From assembly GCA_964474455.1 (NCBI GenBank), contig CAYYSU010000007.1:760-64759 (forward strand): DNA of 64,000 nucleotides, written 5' to 3'. The position numbers were made by a program, and so were the translations under genes. Numbering within the stretch: the first letter of the stretch is position 1; every line of letters begins with the position of its first letter. Below are positions 39,160 through 47,051 of this stretch, in pieces. Origin of the DNA: an uncultured Bacteroidales bacterium (GTDB lineage: Bacteria > Bacteroidota > Bacteroidia > Bacteroidales > BM520). Under the pieces are notes generated by a model. That model did not search any database and was not told the origin of the DNA. It worked only from the letters and a program-made list of their open reading frames with translations.

Positions 39160-41064
39160 CTATTTCAGTTTCTGCCTCAGAAGGGCTTTATTCTTATCAT
39201 TATGAATAGGCTTACCTTCGGGAGTATAAAGATAATCAATTAGTTCACGGTAGAAATCAGTTACTTTTCCACGAACCATTTTCATGGTAGAGTTCATAAA
39301 TCCGTTCTGCTCATTAAATCCTTCCGGGAGTAGCCCAATAGATACGGGAAGCCACCTGTCGGGGAAGAGAGTATCATACTTACCACCTGAGAGATATGGG
39401 TCAATCTCTTCTTTAATAATCTGGATCGCAATGTCGACACCACGGATTGAGTCGGGTGTCACTTCACGTTTGGAAACCATTTTTTTCAACACATCGTAGT
39501 TTGGATGAATCAGTGCTACGGTATAAGGATTTTGATCATTATATAGCATAATTTCATCAATCACATCGCTATTCTCCACGATGGTCTCTTCGATACCTTC
39601 AGGGCTATGTTTTTCACCATCGTTGCTAATTAGCAGTGACTTGAAACGGCCAAGCACGAATAGGAATCCGTCTTTATCCATATATCCCATATCTCCGGTA
39701 TATAGCCACCCGTCGCGCAGAGCCTCATCAGTAGCCTTCTGGTTTTTCCAGTAACCTATCATCACATTCTCACCACGTATAACTATCTCGCCCGCTTCGC
39801 CAACAGGGAGTTCTTTGTCTTTGCTATCGATTATTTTTAGATCCATTGGTGTGACAAGAACGCCACTTGATCCGAGCTTATGCTTATGTAATGCGTTGGA
39901 GCTAATAACAGGCGAAGCTTCCGAAAGTCCGTAACCCTGCATCATGGGTATTCCCAGGGCGTAGTAAAAGCGCTGAAGCTCTATGTCCAAAAGTGCTCCT
40001 CCGCCAATAAAAAACTGTAGCTTTCCACCGAAAAACTCTCTAACCTTGCTAAAAATAATTTTATCGTAAGCCCATACCAACGGCTTCAAAAGGAAACTAA
40101 ATCCTGTACCTTTGTTATAGCCCTCTTTATAATACTTATATGACACCTGCAGCCCGCTCCATAGCAGCCAGGCAGTGAATTTTCCTTTTTCCTTTACGCC
40201 TTTAACAATATTTTTCTTAAAAGTTTTCGCCAAAGCCGGAACACTCATCAGCAGGTCTGGTTTAATCTGCTGTATGCTGTATGGGATGTTTCGTAGGATC
40301 TCATTGGTTGTTTTTCCAAGCTTTATAAATCCCACTCCTGCACCTTTTCTCATGAAGCTATAAAAACCCGCGGTGTGGGCAAAGCTATGATCTAAAGGCA
40401 GCAGTATCAGTGTTCTGAACGTCTCGGGGATAGTCATAAGAGTATAACTCTGATACACATTGGCGTAATAATTCAGATGACTAAGAATAATACCTTTGGG
40501 ATCTGCTGTTGTGCCCGAAGTATAGCATATATTGGCATAATCATTCTCTTGAATGGAGTCGATACGAGTTTGCAGTTCATCTGAATACCCCTCACAAAGC
40601 GACGAGCCTTCTTCCACCAGCTCGCTGAATGTCATCTCTTTTTCGCCATACTCTTCCAGGTCGTCGAAATAGATTAGCTTCTCCATCGCGGGGAGGTCGT
40701 TAAGTACGGCCTTTACTTTGGAGCCATGAAGTGCACTGGCGAAGACGAACTTCACTCCGGCGTGGCGCAGACGGAAGAGGACCTCTTGCTCGGTAAGCTT
40801 TATTGAAAGAGGCACGCTAATAGCAGCACATGACAGCACTGCCAGTTCAGAGATAATCCACTGGTTTCTTCCTTCCGAAAGAATTGCCAGGCGATCGCCC
40901 TTCTTTACCCCCAGGCGCAGCAGAGCACATGCCAGAGTTTTGACCTGATCAGCGGTCTCTTTATAAGTAGTTTCGTAATATCCTTGTCCTTTATCTTCTA
41001 AAAGAAAAGTGTTGTCGGCAAAGAGATCAACACTCTCTTTAAACAGGCTTGGTATAGTTCTCAT
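39160..41064 (-). CDS. Long-chain fatty acid--CoA ligase (AMP-binding family)
   Basis: AMP-binding motif ICYTSGTTADPKG, then GYGLSEASP and TGDMGYMDKDGFLFVLGRFK. The ORF is open to TTG at 41073. The ATG at 41064 lies downstream of a -7 box. Confidence 0.85.
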   Translation of the reverse strand: MRTIPSLFKESVDLFADNTFLLEDKGQGYYETTYKETADQVKTLACALLRLGVKKGDRLAILSEGRNQWIISELAVLSCAAISVPLSIKLTEQEVLFRLRHAGVKFVFASALHGSKVKAVLNDLPAMEKLIYFDDLEEYGEKEMTFSELVEEGSSLCEGYSDELQTRIDSIQENDYANICYTSGTTADPKGIILSHLNYYANVYQSYTLMTIPETFRTLILLPLDHSFAHTAGFYSFMRKGAGVGFIKLGKTTNEILRNIPYSIQQIKPDLLMSVPALAKTFKKNIVKGVKEKGKFTAWLLWSGLQVSYKYYKEGYNKGTGFSFLLKPLVWAYDKIIFSKVREFFGGKLQFFIGGGALLDIELQRFYYALGIPMMQGYGLSEASPVISSNALHKHKLGSSGVLVTPMDLKIIDSKDKELPVGEAGEIVIRGENVMIGYWKNQKATDEALRDGWLYTGDMGYMDKDGFLFVLGRFKSLLISNDGEKHSPEGIEETIVENSDVIDEIMLYNDQNPYTVALIHPNYDVLKKMVSKREVTPDSIRGVDIAIQIIKEEIDPYLSGGKYDTLFPDRWLPVSIGLLPEGFNEQNGFMNSTMKMVRGKVTDFYRELIDYLYTPEGKPIHNDKNKALLRQKLK

Positions 41065-41080
41065 AAAGTACAATTTTGGT

Positions 41081-41088
41081 CAAATATA
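41081..41088 (-). promoter_or_regulatory. -7 box TATATTTG (minus strand) for the acyl-CoA ligase gene
   Basis: Plus-strand CAAATATA at 41081-41088, 16 nt upstream of the ATG at 41064. Confidence 0.4.
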
Positions 41089-41359
41089 GAAAAAAGATAA
41101 CGGTATGACAAAAACTGCAAGGCAGAGCACTAAATATTAATAAAATTTAGACCTTCGAACCCCATGAACCACACCGAAAGAAAAAAATCCGATGTTAATT
41201 ATTCATTGCTTACAGTTATGAATTATTTTAGCAATTTGTACACAATAAAAAATAAAGCGTCACTTATTTTTAATACTTTTATAACGTGAATGTATCCAGA
41301 TACCTTGGAACTCATAAAAAACATATTCACTTGAATGTAATTTTTTAAAAACACAGGAC

Positions 41360-42622
41360 ATGAATGATGACTTAGATCAAGGTTTTGAGCCTCCGTTAAA
41401 AGAAGATCTTGCTTCGATTGATGCAGTCTTTACAACATCTAATACTGAAGAAAGTCCTTTTAGTAACACCAAAATTTCTATTTCGGACTTTAAAGTCATT
41501 AACACAATAACACAACAATTCAGGGAGACTCATTTTCCTGAAGCCACAGACAAACAGTGGAATAGTTGGCGATGGCAAATACAAAACAGTTATGTCAAAT
41601 TTAAAAAATTATCTGAAATACTAGATATTAGTAGTATTGATGATGTTGATTTTTTATCTAAATCAAGAAAACTTCCTTTAAGAATTACGCCTTATTATGC
41701 CAGTTTACTTTCGGGAAAACCTGTGACTTATGCATTAAGCAAAACAGTTGTCCCGGACAAGAAAGAACTTATCATTTCACCGGGTGAAGAATCCGATCCT
41801 CTGCATGAAGATGCTATGTGTCCGGTCTATAACCTGGTTCATCGTTATCCTGATAGAGTATTAATGCTGTCGACCGGTTTTTGTTCAACTTATTGTCGCT
41901 ATTGTACCCGCTCACACATGGTGCTTAAAGACAAGAAGCATTATGGAGTAAAGGCATGGGAAAAATCAATTGAATACATAAGAAATAATCAGAATGTCAG
42001 AGATGTGGTAATTTCCGGCGGTGATCCGCTAACTTTACCTGATAAGCATATTGAATTTCTGCTCTCTTCGCTAAGAGCGATTCCACATGTGGAAATTATT
42101 AGAATTGGAACAAAAGTACCAATGGTGCTCCCCCAGCGAATCACTAATAATTTAGTGAAGATGCTGAAAAAATATCACCCCGTCTATATGAGTATTCACA
42201 GTATCCATCCTGATGAAATAACTCCTGAAGTAATAGAAGCTGCCAATCGCATTGCTAATGCAGGAATTGTAATGGGTAGCCAAACCGTTTTGTTGCAGGG
42301 CGTAAATGATAATGTGGAAACCATGAAGAAATTAATGCATGAACTATTAAAAATCAGAATACGACCCTATTATATTTATCAGTGTGACCCCATTCCGGGT
42401 TCATCTCATTTCAGAACACCCGTTTCAATAGGTGTAAAAATTATTCATGGCCTCAGAGGCTTTACAAGTGGTTATGCAATACCCCATTATGTGATTGACG
42501 CACCCGGTGGAGGTGGAAAAATACCTTTATTACCAAACTATTATCAAGGAAGAAAAGGTGACTCTGTGGTGCTGGAAAATTTTGAAGGAAAAACCTATAA
42601 GTATTACGATCCTGAAAAGTAA
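41360..42622 (+). CDS. kamA: L-lysine 2,3-aminomutase (KamA/AblA family radical SAM, PLP-dependent)
   Basis: 420 aa. WNSWRWQIQN, radical-SAM CSTYCRYCTR, and SGGDPL. Equivalents of both Asp residues that bind the lysine epsilon-amine are present (YIYQCD, VIDAPGGGGK), as is the PLP lysine in GGGGK. Confidence 0.9.
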   Translation: MNDDLDQGFEPPLKEDLASIDAVFTTSNTEESPFSNTKISISDFKVINTITQQFRETHFPEATDKQWNSWRWQIQNSYVKFKKLSEILDISSIDDVDFLSKSRKLPLRITPYYASLLSGKPVTYALSKTVVPDKKELIISPGEESDPLHEDAMCPVYNLVHRYPDRVLMLSTGFCSTYCRYCTRSHMVLKDKKHYGVKAWEKSIEYIRNNQNVRDVVISGGDPLTLPDKHIEFLLSSLRAIPHVEIIRIGTKVPMVLPQRITNNLVKMLKKYHPVYMSIHSIHPDEITPEVIEAANRIANAGIVMGSQTVLLQGVNDNVETMKKLMHELLKIRIRPYYIYQCDPIPGSSHFRTPVSIGVKIIHGLRGFTSGYAIPHYVIDAPGGGGKIPLLPNYYQGRKGDSVVLENFEGKTYKYYDPEK

Positions 42623-42633
42623 AAAAGCAATGT

Positions 42634-44376
42634 ATGTTTATCATTAGAAAGATTGCCGATACTTATCATCAGTCCAATAAATATGCCATTGGACAGGTTT
42701 TGGATATTCTGAAAATTCAATTTTCTTCTCTTAAAGAAGAAAAAATAAATGATGTTCTCGAACAGATGAAGGATCCTTTAAAATATCGTTTTTCATCTCA
42801 AATTTTTGTGGCTGAAGATGGCAAAGGTAATGTGAAAGGGTTTGCAATTTTGTTTTATATGCCTGATAAAAACTTCTGCTACCTCGACTACATAGCTGTT
42901 AAACCAAGCAGAATTTCTTCCGGTGTTGGTGGTGCCATATACGAAAGGATCAGAGAAGAAGCACAACTTTTAAATTCAATTGGAATATTTATGGAGTGCC
43001 TTCCTGATGACGAAGAATTATGCAAAGACAAAAGTGAAATAAAGCAAAATAAAGCTCGATTGGCATTTTATGAACGTTACGGAGCCAGACCTATCATAGG
43101 CACCAAATATGAAACACCCGTAAATCCGGAGGATAGTTGTCCTCCATATTTGGTTTTTGATGATTTGGGAAATGATATACGTTTATCTTCGGCGCAGGCA
43201 AAAAAAATAATCAGGGCTATATTGGAGCGAAAATATCCAAACTATTGTCCTGAGGATTATATCCAAACAGTAATCAAATCAATCAATGATAATCCTGTCA
43301 AATTAAGAGAATTCAAATATCTTGTTAAAGACAGGCCTATACAAAAAATCGAAGCCGTTAAAGATGAGATTATGCTGATAGTAAATGATAAGCATGACAT
43401 CCATCACATAAAAGAAAGAGGATATATAGAATCGCCGGTTCGCATAAAAAGTATAACCAAAGAGATTGAAAAATTAAATGCATTCAAAATGAGACCATCA
43501 CGAGGGTTTCCCGACAGGCTCATTACTGAAGTTCATAATCCCAAATTATTTAATTATATTAAAACTGTCTGCGATAAAATTCCGGAAGGCAAGTCTATTT
43601 ATCCTTATGTTTTTCCCATCAGAAATGCAACACGTCCGCCCAAAGATTATTCAGTTCTTGCAGGATACTATTGCATCGACACATTTACACCAATAAACAA
43701 AAACGCATTTTTAGCAGCTCGTTCCGGAGTCAATTGCGCACTCACCGGAGCCGAATTATTATTGGAGGGTTATCATAGTGCTTATGCTTTGATTCGTCCT
43801 CCGGGGCATCATGCTGAAACGGAGGTTTTTGGAGGTTTTTGTTATTTTAATAATGCTTCTATCGCGGCAAACTTTCTTTCCAAATATGGTAAGGTGGCAA
43901 TTCTGGATATCGACTACCACCATGGAAACGGGCACCAGCAAATTTTTTATAATCGCAATGATGTGTTCACCGTGTCCATACATGGTAATCCTTCTTTTGC
44001 TTACCCTTATTTCACCGGTTTTGCCGATGAAAAAGGTGAGGGCGAGGGCGAGGGATATAATTTAAACTACCCCATAAAAGAGAATTTAAATGGCGATGAA
44101 TACCTTGTGTACCTCAAGCAGGTTATTAAAAAAATTATCAGCTTTAAACCCGAATATCTGATCATAAGTTTGGGCTTTGATCCTGCTAAAGGAGATCCCA
44201 CCGGAACATGGTCATTAAAAGCCAGCGATTTCAAAAATAATGGTGCCGAATTAGGAAAGATACCCGTTCCGATTTTATTTGTGCAAGAGGGGGGTTATAA
44301 AAACAGAACCCTGGGCATCAATGCCCGGAATTTTTTTGAAGGATATTTATCCACAAGAATAAGAAGAAAACAATGA
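42634..44376 (+). CDS. Fusion protein: N-terminal GNAT-like domain + C-terminal HDAC-family (acetylpolyamine amidohydrolase-like) deacetylase
   Basis: 580 aa. N-terminal ~180 aa carry a GNAT-like beta4-alpha3 signature (YIAVKPSRISSGVGGAIYERIREEA). The C-terminal domain has all HDAC catalytic motifs: RPPGHHAE, ILDIDYHHGNG, SLGFDPAKGDP and QEGGY. Confidence 0.85.
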   Translation: MFIIRKIADTYHQSNKYAIGQVLDILKIQFSSLKEEKINDVLEQMKDPLKYRFSSQIFVAEDGKGNVKGFAILFYMPDKNFCYLDYIAVKPSRISSGVGGAIYERIREEAQLLNSIGIFMECLPDDEELCKDKSEIKQNKARLAFYERYGARPIIGTKYETPVNPEDSCPPYLVFDDLGNDIRLSSAQAKKIIRAILERKYPNYCPEDYIQTVIKSINDNPVKLREFKYLVKDRPIQKIEAVKDEIMLIVNDKHDIHHIKERGYIESPVRIKSITKEIEKLNAFKMRPSRGFPDRLITEVHNPKLFNYIKTVCDKIPEGKSIYPYVFPIRNATRPPKDYSVLAGYYCIDTFTPINKNAFLAARSGVNCALTGAELLLEGYHSAYALIRPPGHHAETEVFGGFCYFNNASIAANFLSKYGKVAILDIDYHHGNGHQQIFYNRNDVFTVSIHGNPSFAYPYFTGFADEKGEGEGEGYNLNYPIKENLNGDEYLVYLKQVIKKIISFKPEYLIISLGFDPAKGDPTGTWSLKASDFKNNGAELGKIPVPILFVQEGGYKNRTLGINARNFFEGYLSTRIRRKQ

Positions 44377-45347
44377 AAGTAGGATTAACATACGACCTGA
44401 GAATCGATTATCTCAATGAAGGTTATTCTTTGGAGGAGACGGCTGAATTTGACAAGGAAAGCACCATTGAAGGCATTGAGCAAGCTATTCAAAAGGAGGG
44501 ATATGAGACCCACCGTATTGGAAATGCCAAAAGTTTAATAATACAGTTGCTGGCTGGAGAAAGTTGGGATATTATCTTTAATATAACCGAAGGCCTTTAT
44601 GGTGAAGGGCGCGAATCGCTGGTGCCTGCCCTGTTGGATATGTACAAAATACCCTATGTCTTCTCCGGACCTGTTACATTAGGAATATCGTTAAACAAAG
44701 CCTTTGCTAAACAGATTGTAAGAGATAGCGGAATTAACACACCACCATTTTATGTGGTTTCAAAAACCACAGATATTGAAAAGATCAAGCTTCAATACCC
44801 TCTTTTTGCGAAACCTGTTGCGGAGGGTACCGGCAAAGGAATAACCAACCGTTCTCTTATCAAAACAGAGGATCAACTTCTTAGTGTTTGTACTCAATTG
44901 CTCGAAAAATATAATCAACCTGTTCTAGTAGAAGAATTTTTACCCGGAAGAGAATTTACCGTCGGGGTACTCGGAACCGGTGAGACAGCCCGGGTGCCCG
45001 GAGCCATGGAAATTATTTCTAAACAGAAAGATTCCACGCAAATATACTCTTACGACACAAAAGAAAACTACGCAGATAAGATAGAATATGTACCTGTTAC
45101 CGGCGAACTGCTGGAAGCCTGCAAAGATTTAGCGCTGGGCGCATGGAGGGCTCTTAATTGTTACGACGGCGGACGCGTTGATGTAAAAGTGGATCGTTAT
45201 GGAAAAATGAGCTTTATAGAAGTAAACCCTTTGGCCGGACTGAACCCCGTTACTTCAGATTTACCCATCTTATGTGGATTAAACGGAATGTCGTATCAGG
45301 AGATTATTTCAGAAATAATGAAATCAGCAATTAAGAGAAATTTTTAG
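44373..45347 (+). CDS. ATP-grasp ligase, D-Ala-D-Ala ligase-like family (non-canonical), copy 1
   Basis: 324 aa. LFAKPVAEGTGKGI, VEEFLPGREFTVGVLG and GRVDVKVDRYGKMSFIEVNPLAGL match the Ddl C-terminal ATP-grasp fold. The Ddl N-terminal GGxSxEHEVS motif is absent. The start overlaps the upstream stop (ATGA). Confidence 0.85.
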   Translation: MKVGLTYDLRIDYLNEGYSLEETAEFDKESTIEGIEQAIQKEGYETHRIGNAKSLIIQLLAGESWDIIFNITEGLYGEGRESLVPALLDMYKIPYVFSGPVTLGISLNKAFAKQIVRDSGINTPPFYVVSKTTDIEKIKLQYPLFAKPVAEGTGKGITNRSLIKTEDQLLSVCTQLLEKYNQPVLVEEFLPGREFTVGVLGTGETARVPGAMEIISKQKDSTQIYSYDTKENYADKIEYVPVTGELLEACKDLALGAWRALNCYDGGRVDVKVDRYGKMSFIEVNPLAGLNPVTSDLPILCGLNGMSYQEIISEIMKSAIKRNF

Positions 45348-45349
45348 TC

Positions 45350-46312
45350 ATGAGTAAAATAATTATTCTTCACAATAAAATTCAGAATCACACCGAAGAT
45401 GAATTAGATGTCCTCGACCAGAGAGATTTAGTAACAGAGGCGTGTAAAAATTTAGGGCATGATGTTATTACAATGACGGTTGGAGATGACATTCAGGCAG
45501 ATCTAAAGATAGTGCAGGCACAGCAACCGGATATAGTTTTCAATTTAGTAGAGTCAAGTTGGGGAAAAGGCGAGTTACTCTATTTTTCTCCTGCCATATT
45601 AAATTCATTAAAAATACCCTATACCGGCATACCTCTTGACGCTTTATTTATAAGCACCAATAAAGTTTTGGCTAAAAAAATAATGCGATTATTCAATTTA
45701 CCCACAGCCGACTTTTTTGCTATGGATGAAATCAACAAACTGGATGCATCAAAAACCTATATCATAAAACCAATTTGGGAAGAAGCTTCTGTTGGAATTG
45801 ACACAGATTCAGTATTTCAGCCCCGCGACACCGATAAGTTGAAAAAATTGGCTCAACTATCTTCTTCTCATTATTTTATTGAGGAATATATTGATGGGCG
45901 GGAATTTAATGTCAGCCTTTTGGCTGATAAAAACGGACTGGAAGTTTTACCTCCTGCCGAAATGTTGTTTACATCATTTTTCGACAACAAACCTAAAGTG
46001 ATCGGATACAAAGCAAAATGGGATGAAAACAGTGAAGAATATAAGCAAACGAACAGGGCTTTCGGGACGCTTGAAAACAATATGCCATTAAAAAAGAAAA
46101 TGACAGATGTATGCCGCAAAAGCTGGAAAGCATTTAACCTGCACGGCTATGCCAGAATAGATTTTAGGGTGGACGATAAGGACAACCTGTATATTTTGGA
46201 AATAAACGGTAATCCTTGCATAGCACCTGACAGCGGATTTATTGCGGCCATAAACTATGCAGGATATAGTAATGAAATCATTGTAAAACGCATTCTGGAA
46301 GACATAAATTAG
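45350..46312 (+). CDS. ATP-grasp ligase, D-Ala-D-Ala ligase-like family (non-canonical), copy 2
   Basis: 320 aa, a paralogue of copy 1 (DIVFNLVES...LKIPYTG...NKVLAKKIM; YIIKPIWEEASVGI; IEEYIDGREFNVSLL; ARIDFRVDDKDNLYILEINGNPCIAP). Starts 2 nt after the upstream stop. Confidence 0.85.
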   Translation: MSKIIILHNKIQNHTEDELDVLDQRDLVTEACKNLGHDVITMTVGDDIQADLKIVQAQQPDIVFNLVESSWGKGELLYFSPAILNSLKIPYTGIPLDALFISTNKVLAKKIMRLFNLPTADFFAMDEINKLDASKTYIIKPIWEEASVGIDTDSVFQPRDTDKLKKLAQLSSSHYFIEEYIDGREFNVSLLADKNGLEVLPPAEMLFTSFFDNKPKVIGYKAKWDENSEEYKQTNRAFGTLENNMPLKKKMTDVCRKSWKAFNLHGYARIDFRVDDKDNLYILEINGNPCIAPDSGFIAAINYAGYSNEIIVKRILEDIN

Positions 46313-46313
46313 A

Positions 46314-46796
46314 ATGATGATATTTAGAAGAAAACTAAGACCGGATGATGTTTTTTCTGTGAAAGAGATATTAGATTCTACCGGATTGTTTTACAATTCA
46401 GAAGTGGAAATTGCCCGGGAGTTAGCCTGGAAAAACATCAATGAAGGAGAAGAGAAGAGCGGTTATATTTTTAATATCGTTGAAATTGATGATAAACCTG
46501 TTGGGTTTACCTGCTATGGTAAAATCCCAGGTACTGCCGATAGTTTTGATTTATACTGGATTGCCATTCATGCCTCTCAGCAAAAAAAAGGTGTTGGAAA
46601 GATACTCATGTCTATGGCTATAGAGGATATTGAAAAACGGCAAGGCAAAAATATCTGGATAGAGACTTCCTCACGACCAATCTATGAGACTACCCGGCAA
46701 TTTTATATAAAATCCGATTGTCAATTAATCACAGAGCTACCAAATTTTTATGGTCCCAACGACAACAAGGTAGTTTTTCTAAAAAAAATTCATTAA
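46314..46796 (+). CDS. GNAT-family N-acetyltransferase
   Basis: 160 aa. Acetyl-CoA motif A in IAIHASQQKKGVGKILMSMAIEDI. Starts 1 nt after the upstream stop. Confidence 0.85.
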   Translation: MMIFRRKLRPDDVFSVKEILDSTGLFYNSEVEIARELAWKNINEGEEKSGYIFNIVEIDDKPVGFTCYGKIPGTADSFDLYWIAIHASQQKKGVGKILMSMAIEDIEKRQGKNIWIETSSRPIYETTRQFYIKSDCQLITELPNFYGPNDNKVVFLKKIH

Positions 46797-47038
46797 GATT
46801 CCGTAATATTAGGTGACCCCCTCTAATTTAAGTTTCTTTTTTCTTTATTCTAAATGCTTTGAATTTCGTTCATATTGCTATTTAAAACACTTATAACAAA
46901 ACTTTATACAATGTCGGCTTCTTAGCTTTTACTGGTGGCAATAAAGAGTGTGACTAAGGCTAATGTTTCGTTATTAATTATTTCCGGGTTTCGTGATCTT
47001 ATCCTCTTCCATATTACCTCTACAACGTTGCTTTTCAT

Positions 47039-47046
47039 TATCTTTG
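47039..47046 (+). promoter_or_regulatory. -7 box TATCTTTG abutting the M20 amidohydrolase start codon
   Basis: TATCTTTG at 47039-47046, with only 5 nt before the ATG at 47052. Geometry is the same as at 34048-34055. Confidence 0.35.
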
Positions 47047-47051
47047 TTGCT

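Noticed and set aside
41164-41289. 41-aa ORF (MNHTERKKSDVNYSLLTVMNYFSNLYTIKNKASLIFNTFIT) just upstream of kamA, considered as a possible precursor peptide or leader peptide.
   Set aside because: It lies in a very AT-rich promoter region where short ORFs arise by chance. It has no acidic residues in its C-terminal half for ATP-grasp cross-linking, and no recognisable leader motif or promoter.
41360-42622. The KamA homologue could be EpmB, the EF-P beta-lysylation enzyme.
   Set aside because: No epmA (truncated LysRS) or efp gene is adjacent. The protein is longer than typical EpmB, and it heads an operon of small-molecule-type enzymes. Sequence alone cannot exclude this.
44373-46796. Two ATP-grasp genes followed by a GNAT resemble the mdnB-mdnC-mdnD layout of microviridin/graspetide RiPP clusters.
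   Set aside because: Both ligases carry Ddl-type motifs (EEFxxGREF, E(V/I)N(P/G)) rather than the RimK/MdnC type. I found no precursor peptide gene with a PFFARFL-like leader or a Thr/Ser-Lys-Asp/Glu-rich core on either flank. I keep this only as an alternative to test.
46935-47051. GTG-initiated 39-aa hydrophobic N-terminal extension of the M20D ORF, considered as a possible membrane anchor.
   Set aside because: A consensus -7 promoter box lies inside the extension, 5 nt before the ATG at 47052. M20D enzymes are normally ~390-400 aa and cytoplasmic.
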